From: Chrysemys picta bellii
Taxonomy: Eukaryota
Reading direction: 5' to 3'
Length of the DNA: 64,000 bases
Assembly: GCF_011386835.1 (NCBI RefSeq)
Contig: NC_088806.1
Coordinates: 31,682,001 to 31,746,000 of the forward strand
The first letter of the stretch is position 1. Each line of letters begins with the position of its first letter. Shown one piece after another: positions 21,784 through 34,376 of the stretch. The notes below the pieces were generated by a model, which had not been told where the DNA came from, made no database searches, and saw only the letters and a list, made by a program, of their open reading frames with translations. Both the position numbers and the translations under genes were made by a program.

Positions 21784-24700
21784 GAAGTCCTACACCAACG
21801 ACCCATGAAATAGTAACAGTGGGAGATCCTTTATTATCCTCTGGACTTAGAAGCATTGGCTCTAGGAGACACAGTACCTCCTCTTTGTCACAACAGCAGT
21901 CAAAACTCCGAATGATTTTTCCCACGAGAGTTGGGAACACTTACTCCAGACACACTGTGCCTGGAGTATCTAGTATCGGATCCTCTTCCGAGCATGAATC
22001 AAGCTCAAAAAATATAGACAGCTTCAAAGGGTCAGTGAATTTAAGTGCTCCAAGTGCTTTAGCTCAAAATAGCCCTAACTCTTCAAGCTCTCCGAGAACG
22101 GTAGCTACAAGTGGAAATAAAACTTGTCATTTGGGTGGATCTCAGTCTTCAGAAATAAAACACTCTACCAGTTCAGAGTTGATGTCCAAAAGCACATCTT
22201 CAAAGGGAGAGAAGACAAAATTGTTGAGCTCAAAGGACTCAGATTCTTCAGCTCATAGCTTTGCTTCATCTGGGAATACTAAAATGTCCACCCAAGTGCT
22301 TAGTACATCAGGCATAGAATTAAACATTCATAAAAAGGGAACTTTTCAAGAACCTTCTTCTGCAACACTTTCTTCCAAAGATACAATGCCCTTTCCATCT
22401 TTCCATCAGAGAGGCCCAAGGAAAGATAGAGACCTACATATGGACCTCATACAACCAGAAAAAATCCCTTCTGTTGAAGACTTAGATGGAAAGAACTTAA
22501 AGCCTGCTGGAATGAGTAGCAGGTCTTCTGCAGCAAGTGACCACGTGGTTTCTGTTTGCAGAGACAGACGACAGAAAGGAAAAAAGTTAACAAAAGACAC
22601 TTACAAAGAAAAACATTCTGTAAAACCTTTTACAGACTCGAGTCAATTGACCACCTGTGATGAAGGAAGCTTAAAACCAGAATTCATAAATCAGGTTTTG
22701 GCAACTGAACAGATTAGTCAGAGGTTGTGTAGTAATGTTTCTGCTGAGAAAACTGGGGATAAGTCTCCACCTACACAAGGGGCATCTAAAGCTCCATTGG
22801 TGCAAGTTGAAGTAGCCTCAAAGGAAGCACAGGCTCCTAGAAAACGCACAGTTAAAGTAACCCTGACTCCTCTTAAGATGGAAAGTGAAAGCCAATCTAA
22901 AAATGCACAGAAAGAAAATGATGCCGAATCGCAGAGTAAGGGTGCAGAACCAACTGCTTTGACAGAGCTGTCTTCAACTTCTGAAAGCCAAGGAGATGGT
23001 TCTGTTGTCCAGGGAAGTCCAAGTGATACTCCTACCCAGGAATCTCAAAATAATTCTTATCCGAATCTGCCTGTTGAAGACAGAAACTTGATGCTTCAGG
23101 ATGGAACTAAAGCTCAGGAAGATGGTTCCTACAAGCGGAGGTATCCCCGGCGAAGTGCTCGGGCAAGATCTAACATGTTCTTTGGATTAACTCCTTTGTA
23201 TGGTGTGAGATCTTATGGAGAGGAAGACATTCCATTTTACAGCAACTCAACTGGGAAGAAGCGAGGAAAGAGGTCTGCAGAAGGACAAGTAGATGGTGCA
23301 GATGACTTAAGTACTTCGGATGAAGATGACTTGTACTACTACAATTTCACCAGGACAGTGGTTTCCTCAAGTGCAGAAGAGAGGCTTGGATCCCATAATT
23401 TATTCAAGGAGGAGGAGCAGTGCAATCTTCCAAAAATCTCCCAGTTAGATGGTGTGGATGATGGAACAGAAAGTGATACAAGTGTTACAGCAACAACAAG
23501 AAAAGTAAATCAGGTAACCAAAAGAAGTGGCAAAGAAAATGGGACTGAAAACTTAAAGCTTGATCGAGCTGAAGAAGCTGGAGAGAAAGTACAGGTCACC
23601 AAGAGCTCCACTGGCCATAAGACTGACCCAAAGATTGATAATTGCCATGCTGTGAGCAGGGTTAAAACACAGGGTCAGGATTCCTTGGAAGCTCAGCTGA
23701 GTTCCTTGGACACAGGCCGTAGAGCTCATGCTAGCACACCCTCAGAGAAGAACTTATTGGATACTTTTAACACAGAACTGCTAAAATCAGACTCTGACAA
23801 TAACAATAGCGATGACTGTGGAAACATTCTGCCTTCGGACATCATGGACTTTGTACTAAAGAATACACCATCGATGCAGGCTTTAGGAGAAAGCCCGGAG
23901 TCCTCTTCATCTGAACTTCTAACACTGGGGGAAGGGCTAGGTCTTGATAGTAATCGTGGCAAGGACATGGGTTTGTTTGAAGTGTTTTCTCAACAGCTGC
24001 CAACTGCTGAACCAGTGGATAGTAGCGTTTCTTCCTCTATATCAGCAGAGGAGCAGTTTGAGTTGCCTTTAGAACTTCCATCAGATCTCTCCGTTCTAAC
24101 TACTCGTAGTCCTACTGTGCCCAGCCAAAACCGCAACAGGCTTGCTGTAATTTCGGAGTCTTCACTCTCATCTTCAGGAGAGAGGTCTATACTGGCTTTA
24201 CCTTCCACAGAATCTGGAGAGAAGAGAGTTACAGTCACAGAAAAATCTGCCTCCGGTGAAGGGGATGCAACTCTTTTAAGCCCAGGGGTAGACCCAAGCC
24301 CTGAAGGACATATGACTCCTGATCACTTCATCCAAGGTCACATAGATGCAGAGCACATAGCCAGCCCACCTTGCGCCTCAGTAGAGCAAGGACATGGCAG
24401 CAACCAGGATTTAACTAGGAACAGCGGTACTCCTGGACTCCAAGTGCCAGTATCGCCTACTGTTCCTCTTCAAAACCAAAAATACGTTCCAAACTCCACT
24501 GACAGTCCTGGTCCATCTCAGATTTCTAATGCTGCAGTACAGACAACCCCGCCGCACCTAAAACCAGCCACTGAAAAACTTCTGGTAGTCAATCAGAACA
24601 TGCAGCCTCTGTATGTCCTCCAGACTCTTCCCAATGGTGTTACACAAAAAATACAGCTGACTCCTTCTGGTAGTTCTGCACAGAGCGTAATGGAGACCAA

Positions 24701-26101
24701 TACTTCAGTGCTAGGGCCCATGGGCAGTGCACTTACATTGACTACGGAATTAAATCCAAGCCTGCCATCATCTCAGTCTTTATTCCCCCCCACTAGCAAA
24801 GGACTGTTGCCTATGTCCCATCACCAGCATTTGCATACCTTTCCCACAGCTACTCAGAGTGGTTTCCCACCAAATATTGGCAGTCCTGCATCAGGTCTCC
24901 TTATTGGTGTACAGCCACCTCCTGATCCTCAACTTTTAGTGTCTGAAGCAAGCCAGAGGACAGACCTTGGCACTACAGTTACCACCCCAACATCTGGCCT
25001 TGGGAAGAAAAGGCCAATATCCCGACTGCAGTCACGAAAGAATAAAAAGCTAGCTCCGTCCGGAACCCCTTCTGCCATAGCTCCTTCAGATATGGTTTCC
25101 AACATGACTTTGATTAATTTTGCTCCCTCCCAACTTTCCAACAGCCCATTAGATTTGGGGACCCTTGGAAATTCGACATCCCATAGGACTGTTCCCAATA
25201 TTATTAAAAGGTCTAAGTCTGGAGTCATGTATTTTGAGCAAGCGTCTTTGCTGCCCCAAGGTGTGGCAGCGGCCCCTGCTGCGGCAGTTGGCACTTCACC
25301 CAGCATTATTGGACCAGATGCCGGCCACCTCACGACAGGGCCGGTGTCGGGACTAGCATCAAATTCATCAGTGCTGAATGTAGTATCCATGCAGGCCACA
25401 GCAGCACCTAGCACTGGTGGGTCAGTACCTGGCCACGTTTTGGGACAGGGTTCTGTAACATTAACTAGCCCTGGATTGTTGGGAGACCTTGGCTCAATAA
25501 GCAATCTCTTGATCAAAGCCAGTCAGCAAAGTCTTGGTCTTCAGGAACAGCACATGACTTTGCCACCAGGTTCTGGGATGTTTTCACAACTGGGGACGTC
25601 ACAGACTCCAGCTACAGCAGCAATGACAGCTGCATCAAGCATATGTGTATTGCCTTCCGCACAGACTATGGGCATGACAGTTGCTCAATCATCCACTGAC
25701 CCAGAAGGTCCCTATCAGCTTCAGCATATGACACAACTTTTAGCCATCAAAAATGCTTCTTCCCAGCTGGACCTTGCCACCGCTTCAGCACCTCAGTTGT
25801 CAAGCTTTCCACAGCTAGTGGACATTCCTAACAACACAGGCCTTGAGCAAAGCAAGGTTTCCTCAACTGCAATGCATGCCAGTTCAGCTTCGCCTGGAGG
25901 CTCCCCGTCATCTGGCCAACAATCTGCAAGTAGCTCAGTGCTCGGTCCCACAAAAATGAAGCCAAAAATTAAACGAATTCAACCGCCTTTAGACAAAGCG
26001 AATGGAAAGAAGCATAAAACTTCTCACATGTGGACCAGTCCCCCTGAAGTACACATTCCAGACAGAGGGGCCAATGCTGTATCCCAGGTCTCAGCTGCAG
26101 G
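21784..26101 (+). CDS. KMT2A: KMT2A exon 27 (4318 nt; Taspase1 sites and transactivation domain)
   Basis: CAG acceptor 21781-83, GTAAGA donor 26102; open frame begins GSPTPTTHEIVTVGDPLLSSG. Confidence 0.97.
23286..23462 (+). other. KMT2A: Encoded Taspase1 cleavage sites CS1 (QVD/GADD, 23286-23306) and CS2 (QLD/GVDD, 23442-23462)
   Basis: Direct translation; established MLL1 motifs; KIX-binding motif ILPSDIMDFVL follows near 23830. Confidence 0.95.
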
Positions 26102-26639
26102 GTAAGAGAAACATATGTTTGCTTTTGCGTATCCTTGAGGTTTTGTTACAGTGGTAAAAAATTGGCTCTTGTTGCACTTGTCCCCCACATCAAATTTCCT
26201 TTTTATCTTCTCATAGAGAATCCTTTAGTAGTAAATTCTAGAGTAACATTCACTGCCATCAATGGACATCTGGACAGGGAAAGCAGATTTCTGAAGATGT
26301 CAACACACAATCTTTGCTTTCATTCATGGTTGACAGCCCTTACAGATTGTTGGTAACCATTTATTTGGGGGAGCAGAGTCGTTTGCAAACATGGTACCTC
26401 TAGCTGTGCTATAATTTAGTTGGTGGTTAGCGATCATGTTGATAGATGCTTTGGATCTATCAATACACACTTTTTATCTTAAAATCTGGCAGCATTTGGC
26501 CTGATTAGAACTTGGATTGGAACTCTGCAAGGAAAGCATGGTGGTTATAGGAAATGCTGGTGGTCTGAGGAAGTTGCACTCTTCCAAGTCATTACCAAGA
26601 GACTTCTCTGGTACGTTCCTAATGGAAGTACTTTGCTGC

Positions 26640-26955
26640 TCGTGATACCAGCTTTTTAGGTAGAACTTAAAACTGAGCCTCTGACCAGTTATAGTCATTT
26701 GAAGATCCCATGGTACTTTTTGCAAGCGGAGAGTTAGTCCTAACATCCTAGCCAAATTTCTAATTGGACTATTACAATCTGCCTTCCCAAATAACCCTGC
26801 TATTTCAAGTGGCAATGGGATTCCGCACACCCTTTCTGTTGTGTGCTGTTGCTGTGTGCTGGAAAACAAGTGTCCTGTTTCACTTTTGGAAATGTCTATA
26901 TTTTAGTGGCTGGTGAAGTGGGATCCCTACATGTAGTTTGTAAATTGTTTTGAAT
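26640..26955 (+). mobile_element. Ancient AmnSINE1/DeuSINE-like element
   Basis: ctgaccagttatagtcatttgaagatcccatggtactttt...ccaaatt...tgtgtgctgttgctgtgtgc...tttgtaaa resembles the Deu domain (recalled consensus, not searched). Confidence 0.6.
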
Positions 26956-27265
26956 TCATTCTGCCTTATATTTTGCCCTCTCGTTTCTCTTTTTTCTTGA
27001 ACACCATGGTACGATTTTAAAATGTCATGGGAGTAGAATACTCAGTTAAATGTTGTTAATAGCATGTTAACGCTGCTGAGATTTAATTATATGGTTAATT
27101 GTGTGTAAATGCTTCTAGAGCCTTGGATAGATGTCTTTTTAGTTGTTTAATTATTTAAAGGGTTAAAGCTGTATGCCAGTTAATGTCAGTAATCACATTG
27201 CATTTTCATCATGCAACAGAGTTTTCTCTTTCCTTTGGAAAGAGGACTCACAAGTTATAGGGAAT

Positions 27266-27850
27266 GTTTATAGAATTTAAGGCCAGAAGGGATAATTAGA
27301 TAATTTAGTCAGATCTATATATATTACAGGCCGAAGAATTTCACCCTATTACTTCTGTACTGAGCCCAATAGCTTGTGTTTGCTTTTCATGAAGATGTTT
27401 TAGTCAATCAGTCTGCATTTGAAGAGAGTTTACCACTTTCCTTGGTAGCTTGTTCCGATGGTTAAATGCCCCCACTTTTTAAATGTTTGTTTTCTAACTT
27501 GAATGTGTCTGGTTTTAACTTCCAGCCAATGGTTCTTGGTCTTCAGGAATAGCATGTGACTTTGCCACCAGGTTCTGGGATGTTTTCACAACTGCCAGTT
27601 AACATCAGTTTATAGAATTTAAACTATTTTAAAGAGCAGTTCAGTACTTGGTATATTCTCTCAGTGAAGTACTTATACACTGTAATCAAGTCAACTCTCA
27701 ATCTTCTTAGGTCCTTTCCAGTCCTACATTTATATCATTCTTTGATTTGTTTTGATAAGCTAAACAGATTGAACTCAAGTGTCTCACTGTATGGCAATTT
27801 CTTTCCAGTCTTTGAATTGAAGTAGCATATGTCTTGGTGATTTTACTTGA
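27266..27850 (-). mobile_element. Old CR1 LINE 3' fragment, interrupted by a templated insertion
   Basis: tttatagaatttaaggccagaaggga... reverse CR1 tail and ORF2-like body. Confidence 0.7.
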
Positions 27851-28527
27851 AGTGCAAATCTGTAGGAAGAAGGGAGAATAAGGACTGTGGACCTGGGTGT
27901 TGAATATGACACTTAACATTTTTGTTCAGAAAGTCCTCCAAGTGTCCTCTCTGTGTGACATTGCCAACAGTCCATATGATAAGGGATTTGACCAAGGGCA
28001 ACCCAGCAATCCACTGCAGTTCCTGGAGGGCAAGGGACCTGCCCAAAAGTACTAGGCAGGTCCCTTGACCTTTTACTCTGGTTAGTTGGATCATATGACT
28101 CAGTTCTACAGTTCCTTGATTTTTTTTAACTCAGTGCTGTAAGTCTGTTTTGAAAAGCAATTGATCCACAATCTTCTAGACATAATTGGACTTCTATTCT
28201 AAATATTCTAGGCTATTTTTTTTTGCCAGCATACCATCCTTTATGGAGTGTCCCCGTGGCTCCATGCTTAAGATTATGCAAAAACATCCTTGTAAAGATC
28301 CTAGAGTACTCCATTCCTTTGAAGTGCAAGTTTTGGATCTGACCTAAAGCACTAGCAATTTGATCTACTTTCTGTCCTCTGGTTTCACAGTAGCATTTGT
28401 TCCTATTTTTGTAGTTTGCTGAAATGCTGAATCACTTATGGCAGTCCCACTAGATCCATTAATTCTTGGTCGCAGTAAATTTTTGTTTGTACAGTCTTCT
28501 GAATTATCCCAAATCTTTCTGTTCCAG

Positions 28528-28605
28528 GACTCCCGCAGTGAAGGCAGACATTCAAGATACAAGTATAGATCAGCTACCACAAAAGCCATCTGGGCAGCCT
28601 GCAGG
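28528..28605 (+). CDS. KMT2A: KMT2A exon 28
   Basis: TPAVKADIQDTSIDQLPQKPSGQPAG; phase 2-2. Confidence 0.88.
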
Positions 28606-28924
28606 GTAAGTATTAAAACAAACCTTTCCCATCAGGTTTTGCAGATTTATATTCAGTACCTTATAAACAAAATAAAACTCTGTTCTTCCTTCCTTGTATT
28701 TGTTGTTGTAAATTAAAATACCCCGGTAGCTTTCAGCCTGGAATGTATGTCACTTGTTAGCCACAATATTAAATCCTTGTTTAATCTAGTAGAACAAGAT
28801 TCATTGTAATAACATAATCCAAGTACATGCCACAGTGATAAATGTCACAGAAATAAATGTTAATGTATAAGAATGTTTTCATTTTCAGTTGAAACCAGCT
28901 GGTTTCAGAATACTTGATTCAGGA

Positions 28925-29150
28925 GTAAATGTGTGGAAATAGTTGCATACCGTTAAAAATGTGTGCCTTATTTCCAGTCTGAATTTGTCTATCTTCAGCT
29001 TCCAGACATTGGCTCGTGTTATACCTTTCTCTCCTAGATTGAAGATCCCATTATTAAGTATTTATTCCCCAGGTGGATTCTTATAGACTGTAATCAAGCC
29101 ACTCCTTAACCTTGCCTTTGAGCTCCTTGAGTCTATCAGTATAAGACATT
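28925..29150 (-). mobile_element. Old CR1 fragment
   Basis: cttatttccagtctgaatttgtct...gactgtaatcaag, similar to the 27266 element. Confidence 0.65.
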
Positions 29151-29666
29151 GTGAAGTTCTGGGGTGCAATCAACTTTTGTCTAGTTAGGGCTGTGTGGTT
29201 CATGGTTAATGGATTACATACATTTCACCATGATATTATTGACCAGTGAGTTATTAGTTTTCCAATATAACTTTCAAGGCATATTTTGGACAAAGATGAT
29301 TACGGTAATGTGTAGGGTGTGAATACAGAGGTGCTTTCCGTCACAGGCATGCAGTTTGGTTCACTGTTCTCTTGCACAGTCAGTTTCTCTCTTTCTGAAA
29401 GGATCCTTGTAAACAGCTATTGGAGAGCTGAAAAACTCTTATAGACATATTTGGAATAAGAGTATTATTTAAACTGTGCTCTATTAGAAACTAGAAATTT
29501 TATATTTAATCAATTTAAAAATATTCAAGTTGACATTGTCTCTGTGAAACACAAACAACCCCCCCAACTGGTTAGATGGCTCAGCCATAGAAAAAAACAG
29601 GAGTTGCCTTCTGTGGGGTGGTTTATTTCCAAGGATTATATTTCATTTTTTTTCCTTTTCCCCAAG

Positions 29667-29731
29667 GCAAATGGCAGTTCTTACAGAGCCGCAGTCAGTG
29701 CAGAACACAGCAAATGAGCAAGAAAATACAG
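29667..29731 (+). CDS. KMT2A: KMT2A exon 29
   Basis: QMAVLTEPQSVQNTANEQENT; AAG acceptor, GTATGT donor; phase-consistent. Confidence 0.88.
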
Positions 29732-30687
29732 GTATGTCACTTCTTCCAAAAATGCAGTTTCTTGGCAGTCTTTGGTGTTGAACTATATAGTCACTTTCAT
29801 GTTTGACCGCTTTAAAGAACTCTTAGTAGCCACTGTATTGTTTTCTGCTAGTTTTGGAGGGAGTTATGTTCCAGACACAGTCATGTGAATTGCATGTGTG
29901 GTTGTAGTTGTAGAAACTTGCAACTTTGATTTTTATGTTCTCATGTTGCGGTGTAATCTGGCTTTCACTTTCTAAATGGATGTAAAATCCATGCTCAGGA
30001 CCTCAGTTCTTGATCAGGAAATGAGAGCTTCAGAACAGTTCCAGACTTTAGAATGCCCATATACAGAGAACGGAATTAAAACTGTGGTGGTAAAGCTGTT
30101 GTCCCATTAACTGCAGTTTTCTTTCTGTTCATCATCACCAGAAATTGATATTCCTGTAGTAGCTCCCCTAGAGTATGGTTCATGGAGAGACCTGTCTTTG
30201 TTTTCCCATTGCCACTGGTGATGGCAGATGGTTCAGTAGGTAGTCCATTATTGTGGAACTTTAACAAGTCACTTAATCTCATTAGCAGAATTGTTCTGGC
30301 TGAGTCCACGTGCCTGCATGTGGACATGGATTCTGCTGAAACTGTACAGCGGATTACTATAGTGTATGCTGTTCTCCCCCATGCAGAGTTAGATGTTAAA
30401 TTACCTTACAGATTCTACAGGTTGTATTAACCTCTAAAGCAACCAGGAGTTGGTTTGCATGAAAAGGATCTCAAAACGAGGGAGTAACCCAGGCACACTG
30501 ATAAGGGAGGCAGCTCTTACTAAGAATGATACTTAAGTTTTGGTGGCTTCTTAGAAATAATCATCCATTGTTCAAATCTGGGACAAATTCTTTTCACCAT
30601 TAGGGATCTGTTTGTTTGGGGGGGGGAGGTACAATAAAGCTTCATTCTGCCCAAGTGCATCTTCATGTTGGTCTGTCTGTCTTCCAG

Positions 30688-30858
30688 GACCCAAAGCTCC
30701 TGAGGAGGAGGAAGGCACTTTCAGCTCCCCACTTATGTTTTGGCTGCAGCAAGAACAAAAGAGGAAAGAAAGCCTTGGTGAGAAGAAGCCAAAGAAAGGA
30801 CTAGTGTTCGAGATCTCAAGTGATGATGGTTTTCAGATCTGTGCAGAAAGTATTGAAG
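30688..30858 (+). CDS. KMT2A: KMT2A exon 30 (FYRC start)
   Basis: PKAPEEEEGTFSSPLMFWLQQEQKRKE...LVFEISSDDGFQICAESIE. Confidence 0.96.
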
Positions 30859-31516
30859 GTGAGGACAATGATTTCTGATTGCAACTTTCTCTGAGCTTTG
30901 TTCCCAGAGGTTAAAAACAAAAGATGCTTTTTGAGAAATTGTGCTCTCTGTATCAAGCTTCTTCAGAATAGACTTGTCTTCTCTCAGACATAAAGCTTTG
31001 GAACAAAATCCTATGCCAGAGTGCCTGGTTTGTGTTAAATGTCTGCATTGGCCCACTTTGTCTTGAATCCATCGACCAGCAATGTTGTTGGTATATAAAG
31101 GAGTGGTGGGACAAAGCAAATAATTAACACAGACCAGGCATTAGGTAATCTACATTTTGTTTCAAATGTCATTGCTCAAGCAACTTATTTGCCTGTGCAC
31201 CAATACGTTTTTTTGGAGAGGGTGAAAACTGTATAACTACAGGAGAAGTAATGAGTTTATGGCCACTGATTCCATTTCTCTTTATATTTGCCACATGGCT
31301 TATTCACACTCTGCCACAGGAGTGTTTTGCTAGATACTGATCGGTACTGTGTGCATACGCATACACGCACAGCCTCTGGACTTGGCTGCGTTACTGCAGA
31401 CCTCACTGAATGAGAAGACGATCCAGAGACGTACTGAGCAGCTGATCCAGTTACTCCTGATGTCTGATAGATGCAAAGCTTCTTTAATTGTTTTGTCTTA
31501 CATTTTCTAATCCCAG

Positions 31517-31591
31517 ATGCCTGGAAATCACTGACTGATAAAGTTCAAGAAGCTCGTTCCAATGCCCGTCTGAAGCAGCTATCATTTGCAG
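31517..31591 (+). CDS. KMT2A: KMT2A exon 31 (FYRC)
   Basis: DAWKSLTDKVQEARSNARLKQLSFA. Confidence 0.96.
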
Positions 31592-32159
31592 GTAATACCA
31601 AGCACTGAGGTTGTTTCCTCTTTGCCAGCGAGTGTATTTTAAGAGCAGATAAACCAGTGTCATGAGGAAATTGTCAAACAAGAGTAGAGTCTTCAGAAGA
31701 AAAAGGGCAATTGCTTATAGACAGCTCACTTCTTTAAAGGAGAAACATTTTCGGCAGTAAATATTTTGATTGAAGCGGGGAAAAACTACTCAAGGTTTGC
31801 ATAAATAAAAAGCTCCAATATTGTAGCAACAGTAACTTTTATATGAGAATGATCGGGTCAGTGACTTTCTCTCTTATTACCTGATGCGTTACTTTGTGTC
31901 AGGGATTGTGTTTGATCCACTGAGCAAGCTACATTTGCTGTGAAATGTTGGGCTTTTATTGTACAAAGATTAGGCAATTTTGCTGCTTCTTCAAACAAGA
32001 AAATTATTCTACTTCTCTTAATGTATGTGGCTGGCCACCTGAGCCTATTTGACCTTTTTATTCTGTGTATTAGCTGCACAAATAGCACTAGTTTAGATGT
32101 GTCCTGAAGTTCTGCCATGAAGTTGTTTAACAACATGGTATGATCAGAAATCTCCTCAC

Positions 32160-32621
32160 TTCAGGTCAGACTGCCTACAATGGCATGTAGCCGATCTGCA
32201 ATGCTAGCAGCAAATACCTCCAACGGCCAGTGATGAGACTCTAAAATGGGAGGGCTATGAGTTACTCCAGAGAATTCTTTCCAGGTGTCTGGCTGGTGGG
32301 TCTTGCCCACATGATCCCCATATTTAGGGCCAGGAAGGAATTTTCCCCTGGGTCAGATTGGCAGAGATCCTGGGGGCGGGGGGGGAGGGGGGTTCGCCTT
32401 CCTCTGCAGCATGGAGCACTGGTCACTTGCAGGTTTAAACTAGTGTAAGTGTTGGATTTTCTGTAACTTGAAGTCTTTAAACCATGATTTGAGGGCTTCA
32501 GTAACTCAGCCAGAAGTTAGAGGTCTATTATAGGAGTGGGTGAGTGAGGATCTGTGGCCTACAGTGTGCAGGAGGTCAGACTAGAGATCATGATAGTCCC
32601 GTCTGACCTTAAAGTCTATGA
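32160..32621 (+). mobile_element. CR1 LINE 3' end (long-3'UTR type)
   Basis: Ends gactagagatcatgatagtcccgtctgaccttaaagtctatga. Confidence 0.8.
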
Positions 32622-33002
32622 AGCACTAATGTAACTGCATAGCATACAAGTGGAATGCCCAGAGTTACCCTATAAGCTCCAGTGTGGGTTTTTTATTAGT
32701 TAGGCATAGTTTATACATCTGTTATAGGAGTTGGCATTCTGACCAACTTAATCACTATGTAAAAGCCACTGTCCTAGATGATTGTAGTTCATCTGCTAGT
32801 TGCTGAACTGGGGATAGGTCTTGATGCAGAGACTGAAACAAAAGAATTTTTATTTTAAGTTCTCATTAGAAATCAAACAATGTAGCTAATGCAGGGCTCT
32901 GGCAGGAGCTTCCACTGGTTTCTAATGGGCTGGTTTATTTTCCAGGCTGCCTGTCTTCACTGTCTCGTAATTTCTTACCATTTCCTTTTGTCCTTGTTCT
33001 AG

Positions 33003-33177
33003 GTGTGAATGGTTTGAGGATGCTGGGGATTATCCATGACGCTGTTGTGTTCCTGATTGAGCAGCTTTATGGAGCAAAGCATTGCCACAATTATAAATTT
33101 AGGTTCCACAAACCAGAGGAGACCAATGAACCCCCATTGAATCCCCATGGCTCTGCTAGGGCAGAAGTCCACCTCAG
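33003..33177 (+). CDS. KMT2A: KMT2A exon 32 (FYRC end, Win motif GSARAE)
   Basis: VNGLRMLGIIHDAVVFLIEQLYGAKHC...PHGSARAEVHLR. Confidence 0.97.
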
Positions 33178-33657
33178 GTAAGTGTGAGCTTTCTGATGGG
33201 CGGGACTTGACCTGTCTACTAGCCAGCGTAAGAGACTTTCCCTTGCAAGTGAGGGGGAATAAACTGTAAACTTCTACAAAATTTAAGCTTTAAACTAAAA
33301 ACAAGATTATAGGTTAATGGTATCTTCCAAATGTAAACTGATGGCCTGTATATTCCTGAGTCTGCATGCAGCTCTAGTACTTCTTCTGTTGCTCTTAGCT
33401 TTGCCAAGCAGTAGGAAATTGAAATTAATAAGACTGCCCACTTTACCACTTCCATTCACAATCCTAAAGATTGTTTATTTGATGTTGCTGCCTTACACAG
33501 CTTTGATCAGCACCTGAGGTGAGCATGAATCACTGAGAAGGAAGTGAAAGTTAGGCCAGAGAAGTGATAGAGTAACCGACACACATAGCCCTTGCAGCAG
33601 CCAAGATATTGTTGAAAACTAACTTTGCCAGTAATACACATGTGCTTTGCCCTCCAG

Positions 33658-33765
33658 GAAGTCAGCATTTGATATGTTCAATTTCCTGGCTTCTAAACAC
33701 CGACAGCCACCAGAATACAACCCCAATGATGAGGAAGAGGAGGAAGTGCAGCTGAAGTCTGCTCG
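33658..33765 (+). CDS. KMT2A: KMT2A exon 33
   Basis: KSAFDMFNFLASKHRQPPEYNPNDEEEEEVQLKSAR. Confidence 0.97.
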
Positions 33766-34292
33766 GTATGCAACTGGATTTATGTCTCCAAAAGGGAAAA
33801 GGGGAGGGTACTAAGAAGAAAAGCCAAATATTTTGGTCTTGTCTATTGCACCTGGAGGTGTGGTGTTACAACTTTAAATGTACAAAACACTAGAAAACAG
33901 ATTGTAGAGGACAATCCTGCATTAGCAGGGGGGCTGGCTACTGAACATGGCCAGCCCCTCTCTAATCTGTTTTCATGCTACTGCAGGATGTTCTGATCAG
34001 CATTCTGGGAGAATAAGGCAAAAAAGTTTACTTTACTTATATTAAATTTGCAGAAGAGGAGAGCTGGTTAGCAGTAAGGAGTTTGTCTGAGATCTGAGGT
34101 TGAATTAAGAACAGCTTTATAACATAATATTTATAGAAAAATACACTGTATTAAACTTGGTTGCTTTCTCAGTGGGCATTGGGCTGCAGTGTCACAGTGA
34201 CTAAATGTTAGTATTTTTGAAACTATACCGACTAACGCTTGGCATGGGCTCTCGAATAAAGGTGATCACTTAGCAGTGTCTCTTTGTTCTAG

Positions 34293-34376
34293 GAGGGCAA
34301 CTAGTATGGATCTGCCAATGCCCATGCGATTCCGACACTTGAAGAAGACCTCCAAGGAGGCAGTTGGTGTCTACAG
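34293..34376 (+). CDS. KMT2A: KMT2A exon 34
   Basis: RATSMDLPMPMRFRHLKKTSKEAVGVYR. Confidence 0.97.

Noticed and set aside
24929-25516. 195-aa antisense ORF and other short antisense ORFs within exon 27
   Set aside because: Expected shadows of a long sense coding frame; no homology or independent signals
30076-30327. 83-aa minus-strand ORF in KMT2A intron 29 with a nearby acceptor-like tttcag
   Set aside because: No recognisable homology or consistent exon chain; an antisense RNA cannot be supported from sequence alone
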